From positions 1 through 42,992 of the forward strand of contig CBINDH010000001.1 in NCBI GenBank assembly GCA_966249365.1: a DNA stretch of 42,992 bases, read 5' to 3'. The notes under the pieces were generated by a model. It saw only the letters and a program-made list of their open reading frames with translations. It was not told the origin of the DNA and did no database searches. Positions within the stretch are counted from its first letter, which is position 1. Each line of letters opens with the position of its first letter. The stretch is from an uncultured Xylanimonas sp. GTDB taxonomy: Bacteria > Actinomycetota > Actinomycetes > Actinomycetales > Cellulomonadaceae. The position numbers were made by a program, and so were the translations under genes. This document shows positions 1 through 10,220 of the stretch, in pieces.

Positions 1-51
1 ACGCGCACGCGGCCGCACCTCGCCGCCCCGGCGCCCGCCGCCGCGACCTGA
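1..51 (+). CDS. 3' end of an upstream CDS, truncated by the window edge
   Basis: Frame 1 reads TRTRPHLAAPAPAAAT-TGA with G/C in every third position; too short to assign. Confidence 0.4.
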   Translation, partial: TRTRPHLAAPAPAAAT

Positions 52-135
52 CGCCGCGCGGGCAGACGGCGCTGCGCACCATCGGTACAGGTCGTGGGCC
101 CGGAGCGCCCTCCGCGGGCGGTAGTCTGAGCAGCC

Positions 136-930
136 ATGCCGACCCCGTCGACCGCCCCGGTGCCCCCGCGCGCACGCGCCGCGGGACGCGTCGCCGTCGT
201 CGGCGACGGCCGGATGGGACGCGCGATCTCTGCCGCTCTTCGCGACGCGGGTGTCACGGTCGACGGCCCGCTCGGCCGCGGCGCGACCGGCGAGGGCGCC
301 GACGTCGTCCTGCTCGCCGTGCCCGACCGGGCCATCGCGGACGCCGCCGCCCACGTGCTGCCCGGGCCTTTCGTCGGGCACCTCTCCGGCGCCACGACGC
401 TCGCCCCCCTCGGCAGCGACCGCGCGTTCAGCCTGCACCCGCTCATGACCGTCACGGCGCACGGCGTCGCGTTCGACGGCGTGCCCGCCGCCGTCGCCGG
501 GGCGGACGACGAGGCGCTCGCCGTCGCCCACGGGCTCGCCCGCACGCTCGGGCTGGTGCCGTTCGAGGTCGACGACACCGACCGCGTCGCCTATCACGCG
601 GCCGCCTGCATCGCGTCGAACTACCTGGTCACGCTCGAGGCGCTCGCGGAGCGCGTGGCCGCTGCGGCCGGCGTGGAGCGCGACGCGCTCGTCCCGCTCG
701 TGCGCGCGACCGTGGAGAACTGGGCACGGCTCGGGCCGCGGGACGCGCTCACGGGCCCGGTCGCGCGCGGCGACGACGAGACGGTCGCCGCGCAGCGCGC
801 CGTCGTCGCCGCGCGGGCCCCGGAAGCGATCGGGGTGTTCGACGCGTTGACCCAGGCGACGCGCTCGCTCGCCGGCCACGGGACCGCGTCGAACGAGGAA
901 AGCGCTGACGGGCAGGAAGGCACCGCATGA
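136..930 (+). CDS. panG: Rossmann-like/DUF2520 oxidoreductase, probable PanG-type ketopantoate reductase
   Basis: GDGRMG Rossmann-like motif, SLHPLMT, YHAAACIASN and ALTGPVARGD motifs; ATGA overlap with panC. Confidence 0.75.
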   Translation: MPTPSTAPVPPRARAAGRVAVVGDGRMGRAISAALRDAGVTVDGPLGRGATGEGADVVLLAVPDRAIADAAAHVLPGPFVGHLSGATTLAPLGSDRAFSLHPLMTVTAHGVAFDGVPAAVAGADDEALAVAHGLARTLGLVPFEVDDTDRVAYHAAACIASNYLVTLEALAERVAAAAGVERDALVPLVRATVENWARLGPRDALTGPVARGDDETVAAQRAVVAARAPEAIGVFDALTQATRSLAGHGTASNEESADGQEGTA

Positions 931-1784
931 AGATCGTCCGGACCGTCGCCGAGCTGCGGGCGGAGCTCGCGCCGCACCGCGCGGCAGCCGAACGCGTCGG
1001 GTTCGTCCCGACGATGGGCGCCCTGCACGAGGGGCACCTCTCGCTCGTGCGCGCCGCGAAGGCCGCCAGCGACGTCGTCGTCGTGTCCGTGTTCGTCAAC
1101 CCGACGCAGTTCAACGACCCGGCCGACCTCGCCGCGTACCCGCGCACCGAGGAGGCCGACGTCGCGCTCGCCGCGTCCGCGGGGGCCGACCTCGTCTTCG
1201 CCCCCGAGGCGGCCGAGCTGTACCCGCACGGCTACGCGACCACGGTCACCGTCACCGGACCGATCACCGAGTCGCTCGAGGGCGCGAACCGTGGCCGCGG
1301 GCACTTCGACGGCGTGGCCACGGTCGTCGCCAAGCTGCTGATCGCGGTCGCGCCCGACGCCGCGTGGTTCGGTGCCAAGGACGCGCAGCAGGTCGTCGTC
1401 GTACGCCGCATGGTCACCGACCTCGGCCTGCCGGTGCGGATCGAGGTCGCCCCGACCGTGCGCGAGCCCGACGGGCTGGCGATGTCGAGCCGCAACACCC
1501 GGCTCGACCCCGAGGACCGGGTGCGCGCCCTCGCCCTGTCCCGTGCGCTGCGTGCCGTCCAGTCCGCGGCCGCCGACGGCGCCGACGCGGCCGCGGCCCG
1601 GGAGGCGGGTCTCACGCAGCTCGCCGCCGCCGGGATCGAGCCGGAGTACCTCGCGCTCGCCGACCCCGACACCCTTGAACCAGTCGCTACCCTGGACCGC
1701 CCGGCCCTGGCGCTCGTCGCCGCCCGCGTCGGTCCGGTCCGCCTCATCGACAACCAGCTGATCGACCCCTCCGGAGCACGCTGA
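927..1784 (+). CDS. panC: Pantoate--beta-alanine ligase
   Basis: [11 protein letters not shown] (HIGH-like), [37 protein letters not shown] motifs. Confidence 0.97.
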   Translation: MKIVRTVAELRAELAPHRAAAERVGFVPTMGALHEGHLSLVRAAKAASDVVVVSVFVNPTQFNDPADLAAYPRTEEADVALAASAGADLVFAPEAAELYPHGYATTVTVTGPITESLEGANRGRGHFDGVATVVAKLLIAVAPDAAWFGAKDAQQVVVVRRMVTDLGLPVRIEVAPTVREPDGLAMSSRNTRLDPEDRVRALALSRALRAVQSAAADGADAAAAREAGLTQLAAAGIEPEYLALADPDTLEPVATLDRPALALVAARVGPVRLIDNQLIDPSGAR

Positions 1785-2179
1785 TGCAGCGCACCATGCT
1801 GAAGTCCAAGATCCACCGCGCCACGATCACCGGCAGCGACCTGCACTACGTCGGCTCGATCACGATCGACGCCGACCTGCTCGACGCCGCCGACATCCTC
1901 CCGCACGAGCAGGTCGCCGTCGTCGACGTCGACAACGGCGCCCGCTTCGAGACGTACACCATCGCGGGGGAGCGCGGCAGCGGCACCATCCAGGTCAACG
2001 GCGCCGCCGCCCGCCTGGTGCACACGGGCGACACGATCATCGTCATCTCGTACGCCCAGTACGACGCCGCCGAGCTCGCCACCTACGAGCCGGCCGTCGT
2101 GCACGTGGAGAGCGGTACGAACCGGGTGATCCAGGTCGACGACGCCGTCGCCACGCTGCTCGACAGCCCCCTGGCATGA
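1784..2179 (+). CDS. panD: Aspartate 1-decarboxylase (pyruvoyl-dependent)
   Basis: [20 protein letters not shown] autocleavage site, [14 protein letters not shown]. Confidence 0.97.
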   Translation: MQRTMLKSKIHRATITGSDLHYVGSITIDADLLDAADILPHEQVAVVDVDNGARFETYTIAGERGSGTIQVNGAAARLVHTGDTIIVISYAQYDAAELATYEPAVVHVESGTNRVIQVDDAVATLLDSPLA

Positions 2180-3054
2180 GCGTCCACCCCCGCGCGGCCG
2201 CCGAGGGCGCGCCGGCACGTCCGCGCGTGACCCCGCCCTCGCTCGCCGCGCGCGCGGCCGCGGGCGACAAGCTCGTCATGGTCACCGCGTACGACTACCC
2301 GGCGGCCGTCGCCGCCGAGAAGGCCGGTGTCGACATCGTGCTCGTGGGCGACTCGGGCGCCCAGGTGCAGCTCGGCTACGACTCGACGGTCCCGGTGTCG
2401 GTCGACGAGATGCTCGTGCTCGCCGCGGCGGTGCGGCGGGGGACGACGACGGCGCTCGTCGTCGCCGACCTGCCGTTCGGGTCCTACGAGGTCTCCGACG
2501 CGCAGGCGGTCGCGACGGCGGTCCGGTTCGTCAAGGAGGCCGGTGCGGACGCCGTCAAGCTCGAGGGTGGCGGCCGCATGTCGGCGGCCCGGATCCGGGC
2601 GATCACCGACGCGGGCATCGCCGTGATGGGCCACGTGGGCCTCACCCCGCAGACGGCGGTGGCGCTCGGCGGCTTCTCTGCGCAGGGCCGCACGGCCGAG
2701 GCCGCCCGCCGCGTTCTCGCCGAGGCGCTGGCCGTGCAGGAGGCGGGCGCGTTCTCGCTGGTGCTCGAGGCGATCCCGTCGGACCTCGCCGCGGTCATCC
2801 ACCCGCGCCTGCACATCCCCGCGATCGGCATCGGCGCCGGTCCCGCCGTCGACGGCCAGGTGCTCGTGCTGCACGACCTGCTCGGGCTGACCGAGGGCCG
2901 CGCGGCGAAGTTCGTCAAGCGCTACGCCGACGTGCTGGAGGCCATGACCGACGGCATCGCCGCGTACGCCGCCGAGGTCCGTTCGGGTGCCTACCCCGGG
3001 CCCGAGCACGGGTACGCGATGCCCGACGGCGTGCTGGACGCGCTCGAGGCCTGA
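2176..3054 (+). CDS. panB: 3-methyl-2-oxobutanoate hydroxymethyltransferase
   Basis: [44 protein letters not shown]. Confidence 0.97.
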   Translation: MSVHPRAAAEGAPARPRVTPPSLAARAAAGDKLVMVTAYDYPAAVAAEKAGVDIVLVGDSGAQVQLGYDSTVPVSVDEMLVLAAAVRRGTTTALVVADLPFGSYEVSDAQAVATAVRFVKEAGADAVKLEGGGRMSAARIRAITDAGIAVMGHVGLTPQTAVALGGFSAQGRTAEAARRVLAEALAVQEAGAFSLVLEAIPSDLAAVIHPRLHIPAIGIGAGPAVDGQVLVLHDLLGLTEGRAAKFVKRYADVLEAMTDGIAAYAAEVRSGAYPGPEHGYAMPDGVLDALEA

Positions 3055-3058
3055 CGGG

Positions 3059-3391
3059 TCAGTCGGCCCGCTCGACGCTGGTCACGGTGGTGAGCAGGAA
3101 CACCGAGTCCTCGTCGGCGACGACGGCGTGGCGGGCGTGGGTGATCGGCCACAGGTCGCCCGCCACCAGCGGCAGCTCGCCGCCGTCCTCGGTGACGCGG
3201 ATCGCGCCGGACAGCACCTGGATCGTCGCCGCGGGCGGGGCGGAGTGCTCGCTCAGCGCGGTGCCGGCCCGCAGCGCGACGACGCTCTGGCGCAGCACGC
3301 CGTCGTGCACGACGACCTCGGCGGACCGCCCGTGCTCGGCGGCGAGCGCGGCGGTGAGGTGTGCGGAGGCGAGCGGTCCGAGGTTGGCCAT
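3059..3391 (-). CDS. Small cupin-fold protein
   Basis: LSEHSAPPAATIQVLSG...HARHAVVA cupin pattern; ATG at 3391 lies 6 nt after a CAGGAT -10-like box. Confidence 0.75.
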   Translation of the reverse strand: MANLGPLASAHLTAALAAEHGRSAEVVVHDGVLRQSVVALRAGTALSEHSAPPAATIQVLSGAIRVTEDGGELPLVAGDLWPITHARHAVVADEDSVFLLTTVTSVERAD

Positions 3392-3443
3392 GCAGGCATC
3401 CTGACCTACGACCGCCGCCCGTGCCACGCACGCCGCCGTCGGC

Positions 3444-4451
3444 CTACCAGGTGCGGCGCAGCCGCCGGTAGCAGAACACCGCGAGGAGCACGGCCAGGGC
3501 GACGAAGATGGCCGACTCGGCCCACTGCAGCGCCCAGAAGCGCGACTCGGGGTGGTAGACGGCCGTCTCGACGAGGTGCTGCGAGTCGAGCCACTCGTGG
3601 CACTGCGCCATGCCCCCGCCGTCGGGCGCGCATGCGCTCGTCGCAGGGTCGGCCGTGAACACCTCGCCGTCGGGCGTGCGCACGACGCTCGACAGGACCC
3701 ACCCGTCGATGTCGTCGGTGTTGGCCCGCACGGTGATGAGCCCCGACGCGGGGTCGAGGCCCACGGCGTCGAGGTGGGCGGTGTCGAGCGGGCGCGTCAG
3801 CGTCACCGGCGGCACCAGCAGACGACGTACCCACTGGTTCATGGCGAACCAGACGGCCGCGTAGATGCCGAGCGTGGCGGCCATGGCCGGGACCGTGCGC
3901 CGCACGAGCAGCCCGAGCGTGACGCCCAGCATGAACGCGAACAGCGCGTACGCGACGGGGACGACGCCGCGGGCGCCGAACACCAGCGGTTCGACGCGCC
4001 CGGCGTCGACGGCGTCGACCTGGTAGGCCCAGCGGGTCACGGCCCATGCCAGCAGGCCGGTGGCCGCCGCGACAGCCGCCGCGGTCACGCCGAGCTTCGC
4101 GCTGAGCCACCGGCCTCGCGTGACGGACTGGGTCCAGGCGACCCGGTGGGTGCCCGCCTCGAGCTCGCGCGCGACGAGCGGTGCTCCCCAGAACACCCCG
4201 AGCAGGGCCGGGAGGGCCTGGAGGCCGAACCCGGCGACCTGGTACACCGTGCCGGGCAGCCCGGAGTGGCTCGCGTCGAGGAACGACGCGAACGCCTGCG
4301 AGCAGTCGTCGCCGCAGGTGCCCACGCCGAGCGTGCGGTAGGCGTCCGCGAGCGTCGCGCCGGTGACCAAAAGGGCCACGCCGAGGAGCCCGAGCGCGCC
4401 GGCGGTGACCCAGGCCTGCGTGCGGAACTGGCGCCACGTCGTCCAGATCAT
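3444..4451 (-). CDS. ABC transporter permease (ABC-2 type)
   Basis: Real start MIWTTWRQFR at 4451 overlaps the ATPase stop; multiple TM segments and GAPLVARELEAGT motif. Confidence 0.85.
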   Translation of the reverse strand: MIWTTWRQFRTQAWVTAGALGLLGVALLVTGATLADAYRTLGVGTCGDDCSQAFASFLDASHSGLPGTVYQVAGFGLQALPALLGVFWGAPLVARELEAGTHRVAWTQSVTRGRWLSAKLGVTAAAVAAATGLLAWAVTRWAYQVDAVDAGRVEPLVFGARGVVPVAYALFAFMLGVTLGLLVRRTVPAMAATLGIYAAVWFAMNQWVRRLLVPPVTLTRPLDTAHLDAVGLDPASGLITVRANTDDIDGWVLSSVVRTPDGEVFTADPATSACAPDGGGMAQCHEWLDSQHLVETAVYHPESRFWALQWAESAIFVALAVLLAVFCYRRLRRTW

Positions 4452-5338
4452 CGGGAGACCTCCAGGACGGGCGCCGGCGCGGGCGCGGTCTGTGCCATGT
4501 AGGCGAGGACGAGGTCCTCGAGGCCGAGCGGTTCGGCGGTGTACGCGGGGTCGTCGACCGGGACGCTGCTGCGGACGAGGAACGTCGACTGGCGGTCGGT
4601 GTGGCTCTCCTCGACCACCGTGACGCCCGGCGGGACGACGCCGGGGGAGCGGCGCGCGCCGACGAGGCGGTAGTGGGTGCCGAGCAGCTCGTCGACGTCG
4701 CCGGCGACGCGCACGCGCGAGTCGACGAGCACGACGAGGTGGTCGCAGACCCGCTCGAGGTCGGAGAGCAGGTGCGAGGACAGGATGACGCTCGCGTCGT
4801 GCTCGGCGATGAACGACATCAGGCCCTGGAGGAACTCGCGCCGGGCGAGGGGGTCGAGGCTGGCGACGGGCTCGTCGAGCACGAGCAGGTCCGGCCGCTT
4901 GGCGACCGCGAGCGTGAGCGCGAGCTGTGCGCGCTGGCCGCCCGAGAGCCGCCCGGCCTTGTGCGCCGGGTCGATGCGGAGCGCGCGGATGCTGTCCTCG
5001 GCCAGGCGCCGGTCCCACCGCGGGTTGGTGTGCGCGCCGAACCGCAGGTGGTCGGCGACGGTGAGCCCGGCGTAGACGGGGGCGTCCTGGGCGACGAACC
5101 CGACGCGGGCGAGCTGGTCTAGGTCGGCGGCGGGACGGCGTCCGAGCACCTCGATGCGGCCGGCCGACGGGGTCAGCAGGCCGACGGCAAGGCTCAGGAG
5201 CGTCGTCTTGCCCGCCCCGTTGGGGCCGACCAGCCCGATGACGCGGCCGGCGGGCAGGTCGAGCGTGCAGTCGTCGAGCGCGGTGTGGCGCCCGTATCTC
5301 TGGGTCAGGCCTTGGGCCGACAGGACGGGGGATGTCAT
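4448..5338 (-). CDS. ABC transporter ATP-binding protein
   Basis: Walker A GPNGAGKTT, signature LSGGQ, Walker B LLVLDEP, SSH switch; ATG at 5338 overlaps the GntR stop. Confidence 0.93.
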   Translation of the reverse strand: MTSPVLSAQGLTQRYGRHTALDDCTLDLPAGRVIGLVGPNGAGKTTLLSLAVGLLTPSAGRIEVLGRRPAADLDQLARVGFVAQDAPVYAGLTVADHLRFGAHTNPRWDRRLAEDSIRALRIDPAHKAGRLSGGQRAQLALTLAVAKRPDLLVLDEPVASLDPLARREFLQGLMSFIAEHDASVILSSHLLSDLERVCDHLVVLVDSRVRVAGDVDELLGTHYRLVGARRSPGVVPPGVTVVEESHTDRQSTFLVRSSVPVDDPAYTAEPLGLEDLVLAYMAQTAPAPAPVLEVSR

Positions 5339-5724
5339 GCGGACTCCCGGACGAGCGAGCGGAACGTGGCGGTGAACAGCGCTTCGATGCTCTCGGCGTC
5401 GAGGCCGGCCGCGGTGGCGCGGTCGATCCATGCGGCCAGCTCGCGGCGGAGTGGCTCGTGCGCTTTCAGCGACTCGTCGGTCAGGGTGGCGGTCACGAAC
5501 GTGCCCACACCCTGCCGTGCCGCGACGAGCCCTTCGTGCTCGAGCTCGCGGTAGGCCTTGAGGACGGTGTTGGGGTTGATCGCCACCTTGGCGACGACGT
5601 CCTTGACGGTGGGCAGCCGGTCGCCCGCGGTCAGGAGCCCGAGCCGCATCGCCTGCCGGACCTGCTGGACGATCTGCAGGTAGGGCGAGACACCGGAGCG
5701 GCTGTCGAGGTGGAACTCGATCAT
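5335..5724 (-). CDS. GntR-family regulator, YtrA subfamily
   Basis: PYLQI...GDRLPTVK...INPNTVLKAYRELE...GVGTFV wHTH with short C-terminus; first gene of an ABC operon. Confidence 0.92.
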   Translation of the reverse strand: MIEFHLDSRSGVSPYLQIVQQVRQAMRLGLLTAGDRLPTVKDVVAKVAINPNTVLKAYRELEHEGLVAARQGVGTFVTATLTDESLKAHEPLRRELAAWIDRATAAGLDAESIEALFTATFRSLVRESA

Positions 5725-5734
5725 CGTCAACACC

Positions 5735-5758
5735 AATCCACTAAGTATCTAGTGGTTT
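5735..5758. promoter_or_regulatory. AT-rich inverted repeat, putative YtrA-type operator
   Basis: AATCCACTAAGTATCTAGTGGTTT: CCACTA/TAGTGG arms, 10 nt upstream of the GntR start. Confidence 0.65.
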
Positions 5759-5804
5759 AGATGTTTCGCTCGATCCGCTCCGGTGTCAAGGGTGTCCGGG
5801 AAGC

Positions 5805-8492
5805 TCAGACCCGCCGTGCTCCGGGCTGGTTGCGCCGGCCGAACGCCTTGGCGGCCTCGACGATCAGGAAGATCACCACGGCGGCGGCGGCCGTCAGGCC
5901 CCACTCGGCCAGGCCGATGCCCTCGACCCGGAACAGGTCCTGCATGAACGGCAGGTAGAGGAACGCGACCTGCAGCACGATCAGGGCCGCAGCGGACCAC
6001 CAGAGCGTCGAGTTGCCCTTGAGCACGTCGAGCGTGAGCGACGACCGGTCGAGGAAGCGGCAGTTGAACAGGTAGACGAGCTGGCCCAGCGCCAGCATCG
6101 TGACCGCCGTGCCCTGGGCCTTGCCCGTGGGCATGCCCGCGTCGAACACCACGCGGAACAGCAGCAGCGTCGCGACGGCGATGAGCAGCGAGACGAACAG
6201 GATCCGCCGCAGGAACGCCGCCGAGATGAGCGGCTCCTTGGGGTCGCGCGGCGGCCGCTTCATCAGCCCCGGCTCCTTGGGCTCGTTGGCGAGCGGCAGC
6301 GAGAGGGTCACCGACGTGATCATGTTGATCCAGAGCACCTGCACCGGCTCGAGCGGGAGCACCGTCCAGCCGGCCAGGATCGCGAACAGGATCACGAGCG
6401 ACTGCGCACCGTTGGTCGGCAGCAGGAACAGGACGGCCTTGCGGATGTTGTCGTAGATCCGGCGGCCCTCGGCGACGGCCCGCTCGATCGTGGCGAAGTT
6501 GTCGTCCGCGAGCACGACGTCGGCGGCCTCCTTGGTGGCCTCCGTGCCCTTGATGCCCATGGCCACGCCGACGTCCGCCTGCGTGAGCGCCGGGGCGTCG
6601 TTGACGCCGTCGCCCGTCATGGCGACGACCTCGCCGTGCGTCTGCAGGGCACGCACGATGCGGATCTTGTGCTCGGGGCTCGTGCGCGCGTAGACGTGGA
6701 CGGACTGCACGACGCCGGCGAGCTGGTCGTCGTCCATGCCCTCGAGCTCGGCGCCGGTCAGCGAAGGCGCCTCGACGTCGTCGATGATGCCCATCTCGTG
6801 CGCGATGGCCTTGGCGGTCCCGGCGTGGTCGCCGGTGATCATGGTGACGGCGATCCCGGCGTCGCGGGCCTCGGCGATCGCGTCGATGGCCTCGGGCCGG
6901 GGCGGGTCGACGATGCCGACGAGCCCCACCAGCGTCAGGCCGGTGGGCCCGCCCTCGGGCAACGTGCGGGTGTCCGACGGGACCGCCAGGCGGGCCGCCG
7001 CCAGCACGCGCAGGCCCTGCGAACCCAGGTCGGCGACCTGCTGGTCCCAGAACGCCTCGTCGTACGGCTCGAGCGCGCCGTCGGCGCCGAGCTGGGTGGT
7101 GCAGCGCGCCGCGACGGAGTCGAGAGCGCCCTTGACGAGGACGTGGCGGTCCCCGGCCGGGTCCTGCGCGAGGGTGGCCATGTACTTCGTCGCCGACTCG
7201 AACGGGATCTCGGCGAGGCGCGACCAGCCGTCGCCCGTGACGCCGGCCTTGCGGGCCAGCACCAGCACGCCGCCCTCGGTGGGCTCGCCGATGAGCTGCC
7301 AGCGGCCGTCGATCTCCTCGATGTGCGCGTCGTTCGCGAGGCCCATGACCTCGGCGACGGCGTGCAGGTCTCCGAACGCGGCCACGTCGACGGGCGTGCC
7401 GTCGAGGGTGATGACGCCGACGGGGGCGTAGCCACCGCCCTCGACCTCGTAGGCGTGGACGCGGGTGCGCACGTCGCGCACCGTCATCTCGTTCTGCGTG
7501 AGCGTGCCGGTCTTGTCCGAGCAGATCGTGGAGACCGAGCCGAGCGTCTCGACGGCGGCCATCTTGCGCGTGATCGCTCGGCGACGTGCCATCTGCTGCA
7601 CGCCCAGGGCGAGCGTGATCGTCACGAGCGCCGGCAGACCCTCGGGGATCGCGGCGACGGCGAACCCGATGGTCGCCGAGACCAGCTCGCGGCCGCCGAG
7701 ACCGTGGACCAGCCAGCCGACGAGCATCATGAACGCGCCCATGGCGAGGATCAGCCAGGCGAGCTGCTTGCCGAAGCGGCCGAGCGTGCGTGCCAGCGGC
7801 GTCTCGAGGGACTCGGCCTCGCTGATCATCGTCTGGATGCGGCCGATCTCGGTGTCCACCCCCGTGCCGGTGACGACGGCGGTGCCGGTGCCGGCGACGA
7901 CGAGCGTGCCGGAGTACAGCATCGAGGTGCGGTCGCCGACGTTGGCCTCCGCGTCGACGACGGCGACGTCCTTGACCGCGGCGACGGACTCGCCCGTCAG
8001 CGCCGACTCCTCGACCTGCAGGTTGGTGGCCTCCAGCAGGCGGCTGTCGGCCGGGATGCGGTCTCCCGGACGGACCTTGATGACGTCGCCGGGCACGAGC
8101 GTCTCGGCGTCGATGTCGCTGACGCTCCCGTCGCGCAGCACGTGCGCGCGCACCGAGAGCATGCCCTTGATGGCGTCGAGCGCCTTCTCCGCGCGGCCCT
8201 CCTGGATCAGGCCGATCGCGGTGTTGATGACCGCGACGGCCAGGATGACGGAGAAGTCCACCCAGTCGCCCATGATCGCCTTGACGGCGGCGGCGATGAG
8301 CAGCAGGAAGATGAGGATGTCGTTGAGGTGGCGCAGCAGCCGCTTCCAGAACGAGTCGCGCGGCGGGAGCGGGAGCCGGTTGGGCCCCGTGGACTCAAGA
8401 CGCGCCTCCGCCTCGGCCGTGGAGAGGCCTTCGGCCCGGACCTCCAGCTCCTCGAGAACGTCCTGTGCGGTCAGTGCCCACGGTGCAGTCAA
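5805..8492 (-). CDS. Cation-transporting P-type ATPase, type II (Ca2+-ATPase/CtpF-like)
   Basis: TGES, IPEGL, DKTGTLT phosphorylation site, TGDGVNDAP; TTG start at 8492 with GGAGG upstream. The 1162-aa track ORF is over-extended. Confidence 0.92.
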   Translation of the reverse strand: MTAPWALTAQDVLEELEVRAEGLSTAEAEARLESTGPNRLPLPPRDSFWKRLLRHLNDILIFLLLIAAAVKAIMGDWVDFSVILAVAVINTAIGLIQEGRAEKALDAIKGMLSVRAHVLRDGSVSDIDAETLVPGDVIKVRPGDRIPADSRLLEATNLQVEESALTGESVAAVKDVAVVDAEANVGDRTSMLYSGTLVVAGTGTAVVTGTGVDTEIGRIQTMISEAESLETPLARTLGRFGKQLAWLILAMGAFMMLVGWLVHGLGGRELVSATIGFAVAAIPEGLPALVTITLALGVQQMARRRAITRKMAAVETLGSVSTICSDKTGTLTQNEMTVRDVRTRVHAYEVEGGGYAPVGVITLDGTPVDVAAFGDLHAVAEVMGLANDAHIEEIDGRWQLIGEPTEGGVLVLARKAGVTGDGWSRLAEIPFESATKYMATLAQDPAGDRHVLVKGALDSVAARCTTQLGADGALEPYDEAFWDQQVADLGSQGLRVLAAARLAVPSDTRTLPEGGPTGLTLVGLVGIVDPPRPEAIDAIAEARDAGIAVTMITGDHAGTAKAIAHEMGIIDDVEAPSLTGAELEGMDDDQLAGVVQSVHVYARTSPEHKIRIVRALQTHGEVVAMTGDGVNDAPALTQADVGVAMGIKGTEATKEAADVVLADDNFATIERAVAEGRRIYDNIRKAVLFLLPTNGAQSLVILFAILAGWTVLPLEPVQVLWINMITSVTLSLPLANEPKEPGLMKRPPRDPKEPLISAAFLRRILFVSLLIAVATLLLFRVVFDAGMPTGKAQGTAVTMLALGQLVYLFNCRFLDRSSLTLDVLKGNSTLWWSAAALIVLQVAFLYLPFMQDLFRVEGIGLAEWGLTAAAAVVIFLIVEAAKAFGRRNQPGARRV

Positions 8493-8629
8493 CGGCGGTT
8501 CCTCCGGTTGGTTGGCGTGCCGTCTCCATCCTGCCCGCGCGCAACCGATCCCGCCCGTCCCAGGCCGCGCCTGGTGCCGCCCCCGGCGCGATCGGATCGG
8601 TTCGCCGGCCAGGATGCATGCCCGGCTCC

Positions 8630-9373
8630 TCACGCGAGCCCGGCGAGCTCCTTGGCGTGGGTGAGGACGGCGTCGAGCATCGCGGGCGTCAGGCGTCCGG
8701 TGAACGTGTTGTGCGGCGAGGGGTGGAAGCTCCCCAGGAGGGTGACCTGTCCGCCCGAGGGCCGGGTGAGCGGGACGGCGGCGTCGTGCGCGAAGCGCGG
8801 CCTCGGGCGCGCGATGGGCCAGCCCTGCTCGCCGAGCGTGCGCAGCGCGGCGTCCCAGCCGATCGCCCCGAGCGCGACGATCACGCGGACCGTGGGGGCG
8901 AGGAGCTCGAGCTCGCGCGCGAGCCAGGGTCCGCAGCGGCGACGCTCGTCCGGGGTGGGCTTGTTCGCGGGCGGAGCGCAGCGCACGGGCGCGACGAGGC
9001 GGACTCCCGTGAGCACCATGCCGTCGTCCGCCGAGGTCGCCTCGGCCTGGCTGGCGAGGCCGACGCGGTGCAGGGCCGCGAACAGGAAGTCGCCGCTCCG
9101 GTCGCCCGTGAACATGCGGCCGGTGCGGTTGGCACCGTCGGCCGCCGGCGCGAGCCCGACGACGGCGATGCCGGCGGCGTCGTCGCCGAACCCGGGGACG
9201 GGGCGCGCCCAGTAGGTCTGCCCGCGGAACGACGCGCGCGGGTTCGCGGCCGCGGCCTCGCGCCACGCGACGAGCCGGGGGCAGGCGCGGCACTGGACGA
9301 GGAGTGTCGTGAGCTCGTCGAGCCCCGCGGCGCTGGCCGCACTGGTCGGGTAGAGCGGGTCGTCGGTGTGCAC
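8630..9373 (-). CDS. udgB: Family 5 uracil-DNA glycosylase (Fe-S)
   Basis: Cxx[11 protein letters not shown], [22 protein letters not shown], [14 protein letters not shown]; GTG start 6 nt after CACGAT. Confidence 0.9.
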   Translation of the reverse strand: MHTDDPLYPTSAASAAGLDELTTLLVQCRACPRLVAWREAAAANPRASFRGQTYWARPVPGFGDDAAGIAVVGLAPAADGANRTGRMFTGDRSGDFLFAALHRVGLASQAEATSADDGMVLTGVRLVAPVRCAPPANKPTPDERRRCGPWLARELELLAPTVRVIVALGAIGWDAALRTLGEQGWPIARPRPRFAHDAAVPLTRPSGGQVTLLGSFHPSPHNTFTGRLTPAMLDAVLTHAKELAGLA

Positions 9374-9405
9374 GTCTTCATCGTGCCGCCGGACACCGCG
9401 GCACG

Positions 9406-9442
9406 CGAAAGGCCCCCTCGCCCGGTTGGGGCGGAGGGGGCC
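9406..9442 (-). terminator. Intrinsic terminator for the 9463-10047 gene
   Basis: GGCCCCCTC/GAGGGGGCC 9-bp stem plus inner stem, followed by TTTCG on the minus strand. Confidence 0.65.
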
Positions 9443-9462
9443 GATCGGTGTTCGCGCCTGGG

Positions 9463-10047
9463 TCAGGCGTTCACGAGCTCCTTCTCCTCGACCTTCGCGT
9501 CGGTCTTGCGACCGGCGATGCGGGCCAGGGCGAAGCCGTTGATGGCCGACAGGATGCCGAGGCCGATGATGAGGGCGGCGACACCGAAGGCGATCACGGA
9601 CGTGTAGAGAGCGGCCTGCAGGCCCGAGGCCTGGTTGGCGGTGTTGCGCAGCGCGAGGATCGGGGCGGCCTCCTCGGCGTCGATGGTGCCCTCGGCGACG
9701 GCGGCGTTGACGACCTTGTTGATCCCGCCGAGCGTCGAGAAGTTGTACGTCGCCTCGGGGTCGACGGTGATGCCGATCTCGGCGAGCATGTCGGCGTTCG
9801 CGGTCAGCGTGTCGACCGCGCCGTGCTGCTGGTGCACGCCGATGATGTCGGCCTGGGCCATCGCCGAGAACGGGTTGTTCACCGTGGAGCCGGCGAGGAA
9901 GTTCGCGTCGTCGGGGACGGTGATCTCCTGCGCGCTGAGCTGGTTGGCGGCGAAGCCCCAGACGACGCCGCCGACGACGACCATCAGGAGGCCGGCGACG
10001 ATGCCGATGATGCCGGAGATGCGGACGGGCTTGGCGTTGCTGTTCAT
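9463..10047 (-). CDS. Actinobacterial two-TM membrane protein of unknown function (family often labelled 'LigA-like dioxygenase')
   Basis: N- and C-terminal hydrophobic helices; ITVPDDA.FLAG and LYTSVIAFGV motifs; GAGGGG SD before ATG 10047. Confidence 0.75.
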   Translation of the reverse strand: MNSNAKPVRISGIIGIVAGLLMVVVGGVVWGFAANQLSAQEITVPDDANFLAGSTVNNPFSAMAQADIIGVHQQHGAVDTLTANADMLAEIGITVDPEATYNFSTLGGINKVVNAAVAEGTIDAEEAAPILALRNTANQASGLQAALYTSVIAFGVAALIIGLGILSAINGFALARIAGRKTDAKVEEKELVNA

Positions 10048-10106
10048 CGTGGACTTTCCCCTCATCATGGCCGCGGATCTCGCGACCGTTCGTGGCGATC
10101 AGGCCC

Positions 10107-10154
10107 TGTGGTCTGACCTCTGACGAGGACTCTAGAAGTTGAGGTAAGACCACA
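10107..10154. promoter_or_regulatory. Pair of FadR/GntR-type operator-like sites forming an inverted repeat
   Basis: TGTGGTCTGACCTC (10107-10120) and GAGGTAAGACCACA (10141-10154) are 13/14 reverse complements; each has a GGT-N3-ACC core. Confidence 0.65.
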
Positions 10155-10158
10155 TCAA
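10129..10158 (-). promoter_or_regulatory. Sigma-A-type promoter for the 9463-10047 gene
   Basis: Minus strand TTGATG-N18-TAGAGT. Confidence 0.55.
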
Positions 10159-10179
10159 GTCCTACGCGGTCGAAGACGG

Positions 10180-10195
10180 TGTGTCGTGTGACACA
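10180..10195. promoter_or_regulatory. CRP/GlxR-like site
   Basis: TGTGT-N6-ACACA perfect dyad; consensus is TGTGA-N6-TCACA. Confidence 0.4.
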
Positions 10196-10220
10196 GCGCC
10201 ATCTCGTCGTCCTTGTAGGC

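Noticed and set aside
52-135. Riboswitch or pan RNA motif upstream of the pan operon
   Set aside because: The region is short and a -10-like box sits 8 nt from the ATG, leaving no room for a leader.
6636-9215. 859-aa plus-strand ORF and similar long antisense or alternative-frame ORFs (e.g. 24876-27422, 32061-34460, 33874-36375, 36716-38746)
   Set aside because: Shadow ORFs from stop-codon scarcity in high-GC DNA; they overlap genes with clear motifs and have no recognisable domains.
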